Below the pieces are notes generated by a model. That model saw only the letters and a program-made list of their open reading frames with translations, was not told the origin of the DNA and did no database searches. Positions 56,035-64,000 of a stretch of 64,000 nucleotides of DNA are shown here, piece after piece. How positions within the stretch are numbered: position 1 is the first letter of the stretch; each line of letters opens with the position of its first letter. Made by a program: the position numbers and the translations under genes. Source of the DNA: Perkinsus chesapeaki ATCC PRA-425 (taxonomy: Eukaryota > Protista > Perkinsozoa); the NCBI GenBank assembly GCA_013115145.1, contig JAAPAO010000065.1, positions 31,822-95,821 of the forward strand, written 5' to 3'.

Positions 56035-56900
56035 TGAATACATGGGAGTTGAGCTACATAACGTGTAGCGAGATCTAGGGATGTCCTACGGTCCATGTCG
56101 CAGCCTCTCCCATGAAACAAACGGCGGAAACGCAGTCAAGGAGGACTTTCCCTTCTCACTAATCGCAACTTGTGAATCGCAAGGCGATGAGGGGGTATTG
56201 TCTCCGCACGCGTGTACAGCGAGTAAAAGAGACGATTCTCCCGACTCTGAAGCCCTGCCAGACGCGGATATGGTTGCGCGGTGAAATCTTCAGCGGACAT
56301 ATGGCGCCATTCCATCACCGCGGCGCGCATTGCGCGCGTGGGATACAAAACGAACTGGGAACGCTATTGCCCAGGGGATCCGGGTAAGCGTGGTTACCAG
56401 AGCGGTCCCTCTGGAACATAGTGGGAGTAACGAGTTGGTTTATGAAAGTCGGTGTCACCGATTCTAATATATCCATTGCTATTTCTGCAATGGCTCGGAG
56501 ACCTTGAGTATGCTCCCTAGACCCTGGGGCTCAGAGAAGCGTCCTCTGGACAAGCTTCGTGAGGGCCCGTAGGGCCCGTAGAACGTTTCCGAGCTCTCCG
56601 ACACTTGCCTGCTTCCCGCCCCTTCGCCGTGACACTCGGGCTGTCCCGCCGCAGCTGGTGACCAGATCCTGGTCTTCGGCCCACTAAATATTTAAACGAA
56701 TGACTGGTGCTAGCAGCGCAATTAGGAAATATCATATATGATGGCGGTATGGCAACGCGTGGCGAATCCGGACGAGAACCAGGAGCCTCTTCCTGTATTT
56801 TGGCAGTGTAGCATAAGATGGGTTGCCACAATAGACTGACATTGGAAGCGCTCCACCTTCTCATTCTGAAGCGTGGATCTATTATGGAGCTCAGGCCTTG
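56035..56900. repeat. Upstream non-coding segment duplicated with the BT1 genes (homologous to ~60957-61840)
   Basis: Colinear similarity between the two upstream regions, with a near-identical core at 56366-56477 vs 61301-61411. Confidence 0.85.
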
Positions 56901-57551
56901 AACCCTGAACAGCCCCAGCTACTGGTTTTGGGGCTAAATTTCATTGTTCCTGTTGCAGCTTAGTTTGAAGCTATTCGCTGAAGGCTTTGTAAGATGAGTA
57001 GATAATTGTTGTCGAATACAAATGATGTCTGACAGAGTGGCCCAAAGACTTCGCCTCATGTCACGAAACGGGCGCTGCGTGGCGTGACTGGGTGAACGTT
57101 ACAGTCCGTAACTTACGTAACACAAGAAGGATAAGCGATAAAAGAGCTATATAATGGACGAGCGGCCACCAACGTAGTCTACAATACTATACGTCAAGAC
57201 TATACGAGCAGACAATACGATGATGATTACGTTCATTAGACAATGACAATGACCGACGAACGATGACAATGACTAGGAATAGAGCACATTCTTGGTCAGC
57301 GACACCTTTACACTTTTTTAACGCCCCACGGGAAGTAGTAACTTCAATTCGGGAGGGCGAACGAAGTTGGATTCAAGACTCTAGTTCAGCTCGGGCGGAG
57401 GGGAGGTTAAGGAGGGTGTATCTCATTCGTATACATTTATTACAATTTCGTTCAATGGCCAGTTGATATACAGTATTGGTGTAATTTTCGCTTCTTTGTT
57501 GATCCATCTTTCATTCGTTGCTATTTCGCTGATCTTGGCAGTTCGATAAGG

Positions 57552-57616
57552 TCGTACATTCTATTACTCGAGTAATAGTAATGTACGATCGCCGATAAAA
57601 TTTTATCGGCGATTGT
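57552..57616. repeat. Pair of abutting palindromes
   Basis: tcgtacatt-ctattactcgagtaatag-t-aatgtacga at 57552-57588 and perfect atcgccgataaaattttatcggcgat at 57588-57613. Confidence 0.9.
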
Positions 57617-57849
57617 CGGAAACTTATCCTCTCAATGAGAACATCTCATACAAGTAGAATAACCGGGGCCTACTTATGTGAGAATGTAGCGGTTGGATAT
57701 GCTTGCACATACGCGCCCATCGTGGCGGTATATGACCCCTAGCCTCGAAGTTCGCGAACAACTTATTTTTGCACACGCGGCTGAGCGGCCACCCGTCGCG
57801 CGTCTAAGCGCTAACAATTTCACACTCTCCCTTATGTTAAGGCGGCCTT

Positions 57850-58130
57850 AAGGAAGTGGGGGTTTTTTGGGGGGGGGGGGGGTGGTGGGGGGGGGGAAGA
57901 GAAGAGGGGGGGCCCCGCCGGGGGGGGGGGGCGAGCGCGAGTAAAAAATAGGGGTTTTTTTTGGGGGGGGGAAGGAGGGNNNNNNNNNNCCCCCCTCCCC
58001 TCCTCCCTTCTCCCTTTTTTTGGGGGGGTTGTTTTTTTTTTATAATAAATTTTTTTTCTGGGCGTTTTTTTTTTTTTTTTTTTTCCCCCCCCCCAAAAAC
58101 CCCCCCCCCCCAAAAACTTCCACTGGGGCC
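57850..58130. other. Low-quality homopolymer junk around a 9-N contig join (likely assembly artefact)
   Basis: Runs of G, C and T on both sides of the Ns at 57981-57989, typical of degraded read ends. Confidence 0.8.
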
Positions 58131-58290
58131 AGGCCCTTCTTGGGCCAAGCATGACGCATATGATCCTACTGGATTCGATTCGCCAGAGAAAGTCGAGGGA
58201 GAACCTTCTGTAAAGAGTCTTGTTAAAAATACTTTTGGTCACCGTGCCCGTGAAGGCGCTAGGTCACCGTGCCCGTGAAATCGCTAAGTC

Positions 58291-58312
58291 ACCGTGGCAG
58301 TCTTGCCTCAAG
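58291..58312 (+). other. Degenerate spliced-leader-like 22-mer
   Basis: ACCGTGGCAGTCTTGCCTCAAG matches 18/22 to the P. marinus SL as recalled (ACCGTAGCCATCTTGGCTCAAG). It is not followed by GT. Confidence 0.4.
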
Positions 58313-59307
58313 TGTGGCATCCGTATTATTCCCTGTTGTTAGCGAAACGATCCATCACCGGGGCAGTCTTAAGTTGAAATTTTTCACCATTAGCTACTAT
58401 GCGCACATGTTATACAATTCGACCGGATAACGGAGGTCGGTCAACTTGATTGGAGCCACCAACTGCAATGACGTCGATCTGACATTAGTGATATCGGGCC
58501 GCGTGGAACCCTTGCTGTCGATTCCTTGCCTTGGTGCTGGTGCCTTGCCAAGGCCCTTGGATGGGTTATCTACGACTCGCAGAAGAAGATTCTGATGGGC
58601 ACCTTTTGGATGCAGGGTGTGCTTGCTCACTCACATACTTCACGCAAGATTGTACCTATTTCATGCACGAAACCTCCTGCCTCTTGGACCATGATGTGTA
58701 TCATACACAGTGTATGTACCTATTGGCTACCGCAACCTAAAGCGGTTGTTTTCAAAGATAGTGGATCAGTTTGCTCAGCTAGGTGAGATTCACGATCCTG
58801 AATTCCGACGGTCGCCTTAGGTGACTCACCTAAGCCCGACCAGGGACTCATGGTGAGTCTTGCCCCGTGTGGCGGACGGTCACACCAAGCACTACGCAGC
58901 TTTAAGGCCGGACCACTTGTTCTCTCTCCCATAGTATGAAATTACTAATGACTAGAGGACGGGATGGATAGATCATCTATCATAGATGTAACTGACTGGT
59001 CGTAGCAAGAGAAGAAGGCCACGGGTGAACCCCTGCGCCTAATGGAGCTGCTGTAAGTGGTGTCTCACAGGGTGTGGTCGACCACAACTGATTGGATGAA
59101 TCTGTAGCACTGCAACTGTACCTTGTGGTTCAGACCTACGAGTCGTAGGCGACGACACCTCCAAGAATAATTAACAACAGAAACTAACGCTAACATTCGT
59201 GGTAATAACGCCGGTTTCTCGAGAAAGCAAAGTCGTTGTGTACTAAACTTCGAGCCAACAAGTCGATATACTCAAGTATAACAGAAAAAATGATGATAGC
59301 GCAGCCT

Positions 59308-60942
59308 CTATTCTAAAGATTCTGATTTACCCTCAGATTTACGTTGATTGCCGAGGAAGCGTTTATATGGTGAGCCAACTGTAGCGGAGGTACATTGATC
59401 CCGTGGCAATAGCAACTCATCCATAGGCGAATCTGGAAGAAGCCAGAGGAAACCGAGGGGAATGAGTTGAACAAGTATGCATATTAATGAGACAATCCAA
59501 AGATTATCGAACTGTGCAGACTCGTCTATTCCTGAAAGACCACGAGGGGAAACGTGAAGGCTTTCACTGATGTACGCGGTCGTAGAGCCTGTTCCAAAAA
59601 ATGCGAAGTTGTGTATGGCAGCAAGCAAAGCAAACATCGTTCCTTCAAGATTCTTCGGGCACATATATGACAACATGAGGGAGCCTGGCATATAGATGAG
59701 TAGTTGGCCTACTTGAACAAGGGCGGTGCTGCCAACCACGAACACCTTGTCTGGGATACCTATCTTGAGATTGACTCGGGAATAAATAATAGGGTCTCCC
59801 AGTTGCAGGATTACCATGGTTATAATGATCACCAGGTATGCTCGGCGATATGTCCATGAAGACATGAAGCGAGTGAAAATCGTGATACCGATGATTCCAC
59901 CGATAATACCGACCGTATTAACAACCGAGCCATAGTAAAGTGGGGAGAGGTTAGGTCCGCCAGGAAATTGAACTGCATCATCTGTGAAAAAATATTGGGC
60001 TGGTCCAGAAGGTTGAAGAAGGGAGACGCCAGCAATGCACTTGAAAAGGAGTAGTCTGCTGATCAGAGGCCTTACCACCAGCCATGCAGCAAATGCTAAT
60101 ACGACTAGTAAAACGAATAGTAGAACAAAGTTTATCTCGAACGATGCTACAACCACCGAGAAGATAGCGTACATCACTGCCACGGCTCCGACCAAAACCG
60201 AGAGGAACACCAATTCACGCTGCTCATTCCAAAGCTTCATCCTCTCATTGTGCGAATCCTCTGAACTCCATTTCTCCTCACCGAAGTAGTTTAGTAAGAC
60301 TGGTATTATCAGTACAATAGATGGGACGATAGTCGTAGCCAACGCCCATTGTGAACCGGTATGGCCACCAAGCTTAGGAGCGTATTGAACAATAACTCCG
60401 GAGAGAAGGCCGGCAACCAATCCAAGAACCTTTTGGCCAGCAGTTACATAACCAACCAAAGCTGGCCCATTAGCAGGTGATGATGATATCTTTCTGGAGT
60501 AAACAGCTTCCGACAATAAATCACAACATGCTATCCAATAGAAGATCATCATAAACAAACCGATGACACCCAAAATAACCGTAGACTGCGAAGGTACAAT
60601 AAGGACGGCCAGTAGTGTTCCAGCCAATCCGATTATCGATCCTCCGAAGACATAGGGCATTCTCTTATAGCCGAACAAAGGGTAGCAATCAGAGAATAAT
60701 CCGACCCATGGTTTTATTGCAAAGGGCATAAATATGATACTTTTATACCTATCCATTAGTGGACCGGGAACATTCATATCCTGAAGGTAAAACCGTACAA
60801 TACTGTTGACCATTAGGTAGCAATATCCTTTAGGCCAGTGAACGGTGAAATGCAGGACGGTCAGTAGTTTCCAACCAAAGTGGCTTGCGAGATCCCTGAA
60901 GAAGCTTGAGCACGGGAATCTGCAAACATATCCAGATGTCAT
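59308..60942 (-). CDS. Folate/biopterin transporter, BT1 family, copy 2, intronless
   Basis: Close paralogue of copy 1 with the same motifs. Confidence 0.92.
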   Translation of the reverse strand: MTSGYVCRFPCSSFFRDLASHFGWKLLTVLHFTVHWPKGYCYLMVNSIVRFYLQDMNVPGPLMDRYKSIIFMPFAIKPWVGLFSDCYPLFGYKRMPYVFGGSIIGLAGTLLAVLIVPSQSTVILGVIGLFMMIFYWIACCDLLSEAVYSRKISSSPANGPALVGYVTAGQKVLGLVAGLLSGVIVQYAPKLGGHTGSQWALATTIVPSIVLIIPVLLNYFGEEKWSSEDSHNERMKLWNEQRELVFLSVLVGAVAVMYAIFSVVVASFEINFVLLFVLLVVLAFAAWLVVRPLISRLLLFKCIAGVSLLQPSGPAQYFFTDDAVQFPGGPNLSPLYYGSVVNTVGIIGGIIGITIFTRFMSSWTYRRAYLVIIITMVILQLGDPIIYSRVNLKIGIPDKVFVVGSTALVQVGQLLIYMPGSLMLSYMCPKNLEGTMFALLAAIHNFAFFGTGSTTAYISESLHVSPRGLSGIDESAQFDNLWIVSLICILVQLIPLGFLWLLPDSPMDELLLPRDQCTSATVGSPYKRFLGNQRKSEGKSESLE

Positions 60943-63405
60943 TGTAAAAAAGTACACCTAAAATTCATGAATGCAGGGGCGTTAGGCTACAAAGTGTCAG
61001 GCAGGGCCTAGCGATTTACACAGACTGCGACATGAACCCTAGGAAGCTCGATGTATCATTCTCACGCAACAAACGGCGGAAAGGCTGTCAAGGGATGGTA
61101 GCCGTAGGAGGGATATCGTCTCCGCACGCATGTACAACGAACAGAATAGACGATGCTTCCGAGTCAGAAGTTCCGACTCTGATGTCCTGAGAAATGCGAA
61201 TATGGTTGTGCGGCCGAGCCTGCAGCGCACACATGGCGCCGCCATTCCAGCAACATAGCGCACATTGCGCGCCAGGAATATGCAACGAACTAGAAACGTC
61301 ATTGCCCAGGGGATCCGGGTAAGCGTGGTTACCGGAGCGGCCCCTCTGGAACATAGTGGAGTAACGAGTTGGTTTATGAAAGTCGGTGTCACCGATTCTA
61401 ATGTATCCATTTCCATTTCTGCGATGAAGGGGCGACCCTGAATAGGCTCCCCAGACCCTGAGGTTCAGAGAAGCATCCTCTGGACAAACTTCGTGAGAGC
61501 GCTTAAAGCGTTTCTGAGTTTTCTGACACTCTTCGCCTGCTAGGCCATAACAGTCGGGCTGTCCCGTGACGCGACGGACTCCCGTCACACCTGGTCATCG
61601 GCCCACCAAATATTCAAGCGGATGGCTAGTGCTAGCAATGCAAATAAGAAATATGGCTCCTTTATGGCAATGCGGGGCGCTCCTAGACAAAAGTCAGTAG
61701 GAGTCTCTTTCAGTAAGCTTTTGTCGAAATATAATACCGCCTCACTGGTAGTGTAGCACCGAGGTTGCCATAAGATGTCAATGAGATATGACGAGTTAGG
61801 GATAAAACTAAACGAAGAGGATATTGGGGGGGGGCGCATTGTAGCATTTAGTGATACTTATTTAGTATCTCCTTAGTATTACTAAGTACTTCCCTAACTT
61901 GACCACATCTCAGTGTAAAGTGGTTAGCGGAAGGGCGCGGATGTACTGTAGCGGTAGTGAAATCGCCTTCATAAAGGAGTTGTGCGATGGCAACATAATT
62001 TGGGCATCCCCGACACAAAGAAAAGTTGATATGTGATGCAACCCAATGTGTTTAACACATGCGTTAATGGTGGATCATGCGTGCACATGTCTGAGGTATG
62101 AATGCTTCTATTCTGCAGTAGACACACGGTACGGCTGAATCAGTCGAGTGGGCCTGGGCATCCTCAACGGTGATTCACCACGTCTTCCTCTCTCTCTCCG
62201 TACATGCATTGAAACAATTTGATTGGATTGCAGGTGTAATTTTGATCAAACTGAAGTTCCTGAATTGGAGGTTTTTCACAAAAGATCCGAAATGGAAGTT
62301 CCTAGACGAGAAAGCTTGAGTTCAATTTCGCTAGCCCGTCGAAATCGAGGTTACTATTCTCGAAATAGGCGTTGATAAGACGTAGAAACAAAACATGCTA
62401 TAGCCCGGGGAACCTTCGGCCAAGGTTGAGGGCGAAGTTGCCGCTACGGAAGGCTCTTCCAATCTGCTACAGACACGCGGTTCTCTTCGGTTAGGACGAG
62501 AGCCTGTCACAACAGGATTCTTCGAGGAGACTGGCGCACTGGTCTCTCAAATTGCGCACGAGCCCAGGAAATGCAGCGCAAAAGGCAGCACACGAAATGT
62601 GCACGGAGCAGAGGCGTAAAGCTACCAAGCAGCAACTAAACAGCGATGCATCTACAAAGAGCGGTGCAACACCATTCTTGCGAAGGTCTTTTGATAACTT
62701 CAATCACACTAGTGCAGAAGTCCAAAGTTTAAGGTTAGTAGGAGCACGGCGACGGACTTTTTCGATGGTGCCACCATCATGGTGGTGGTTTTTTGACCAC
62801 GGCGTGGCCTGCTCAGCATAATTTGCTGCCATTCGCTGAACAAAAGGAATAGGAACTCGCTACTAGAAAGAGAACTACGAGATTATAGAGATTTACAGAG
62901 GAGCGGTTGCACAAAACGAAGGACTCAAATTGCATCGGCGGATTCATTTTATAATAACATGTCCGCTGGTATGAATGGATGCTGTATGGGATGAAAGTTC
63001 TATCGTTGAACTGCAAAGCATACAGTATGCAAGCCCGAATCAGGATAAAAATGTAGCCAATATCAGATTCATACGCACAAATGAGAATAAGAAAGGTAAA
63101 CATTGTTTACTAAACAACTTCACACATTTTCCGAGTTATTCATGCCCTATTCCGAATTAACTTGCTCAACAAGGAACGACCGTTAAATCTAGGTACCGCC
63201 TTTCTCAGTAATGAGATCCAAACTATGCAGAAAATAATAACGTAGCCTTGGAGTTAAGGGCGGCCAAAGCAGACCAATACATAGACAGTAGTAATGCTCG
63301 TAACAACAATCATGGGGCTCAAAAGCTAGAGGCGCTCAAATCACTAACATGGTTGAGATCAGCAAAAGTGCGGAGTTCTTGACCTACCCGCTGGTCAAGA
63401 AACAA

Positions 63406-64000
63406 TCACTTCGAACTGGCAACATCATCTCTATTCAATAATAACCGCTTTAAAGGAGACCCGAATGTTGCAGTTGTGCAGTCATTCTCGGGCAAGATCA
63501 ACTCGTTCATGTGAGCGTCCGGCAACAACCATAAAAACCCGAGCGGGATGAGTTGGATTGCCATGCATATGACGGACACCAAGCAGAGATTGTCAAACTG
63601 GGCAGACTCGTCAACTCCAGGGATTCCTCGAGGCCTGACACCAAGTCCTTGGCTAATGTATCCGGTGATTGATCCCGTGCTAGTGAATGCGAAATTGTAA
63701 GTAGCGGCGAGCAGGGCGAACATCAAACCCTCAACGTTCTTCGGGCACATATACGAGAGCATGAGGAAGCCTGGCATGTACATGAGCATTTGCCCGGCTT
63801 GAACAAGGGCGGTGCTGCCAACCACGAACACCTTGTCTGGGATACCTATCTTGAGATTGACTCGGGAATAAATAATAGGGTCTCCCAGTTGCAGGATTAC
63901 CATGACAATGATAATAACCAAGTAAGCTCGGCGATATGTCCATGAAGACATGAAGCGAGTGAAAATGATAACACCAATGACCCCGGCAAGGATACCGACC
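63406..64000 (-). CDS. Folate/biopterin transporter, BT1 family, copy 3 (C-terminal part; runs off window)
   Basis: MSSWTYRRAYL...MCPKNVEGLMFALLA...FDNL; homologous to copies 1 and 2. Confidence 0.9.
   Translation of the reverse strand, partial: VGILAGVIGVIIFTRFMSSWTYRRAYLVIIIVMVILQLGDPIIYSRVNLKIGIPDKVFVVGSTALVQAGQMLMYMPGFLMLSYMCPKNVEGLMFALLAATYNFAFTSTGSITGYISQGLGVRPRGIPGVDESAQFDNLCLVSVICMAIQLIPLGFLWLLPDAHMNELILPENDCTTATFGSPLKRLLLNRDDVASSK

Noticed and set aside
56300-56510. Small spliced + strand gene upstream of the BT1 copies (MAP.F...AHCA...LPRGS)
   Set aside because: A 1-bp indel between the duplicates breaks the shared frame; similarity is explained by the duplication itself.
58159-58185. 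YDPTGFDSP resembling BEL/Pao retrotransposon (F/Y)DPLG
   Set aside because: Only a few residues match, with no adjacent RT, RNase H or integrase motifs.
57832-58278. Pro/Lys/Gly/Phe-rich ORFs and a G-quadruplex-like tract
   Set aside because: Derived from homopolymer junk flanking a 9-N join; likely a low-quality read artefact.
51450-62060. Isolated palindromes with 7-8 bp arms (51450, 52251, 59073, 59135, 61872, 62046)
   Set aside because: Roughly ten such hits are expected by chance in 64 kb, so they are not informative individually.

Overview
Eukaryotic, gene-dense DNA, most likely from a Perkinsus-like alveolate. This is an inference from the many 20-60 nt GT-AG introns, the C4-pathway ALAS, the expanded intronless BT1 transporters and an SL-like sequence. 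The assembly is a draft: there are four ~98-nt N gaps inside tandem repeats and one junk junction near 57.9 kb. Positions 1-45.2 kb hold intron-rich housekeeping genes: GH38 lysosomal alpha-mannosidase, a single-domain voltage-gated channel with EF-hands, beta-adaptin, GRWD1/RRB1, a MICU1-like protein, syntaxin-5, PRP16 and two or three orphans. An intronless ALAS and cytochrome b5 pair sits among them. From 45.5 kb on, the genes are intronless and look accessory: a secreted Cys-domain/repeat/poly-His protein, an EcKL-like small-molecule kinase, a frameshifted secreted-protein gene and a tandem array of at least three mosaic folate/biopterin transporters. Non-coding signals include a TA-flanked Tc1/mariner-type MITE, three short motif families shared by introns of unrelated genes in both orientations (introner-like), paired long perfect palindromes, an exact CLEAR-type E-box upstream of the lysosomal hydrolase and a degenerate spliced-leader-like 22-mer. 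Exon boundaries were read by eye, so coordinates of multi-exon genes are gene spans.
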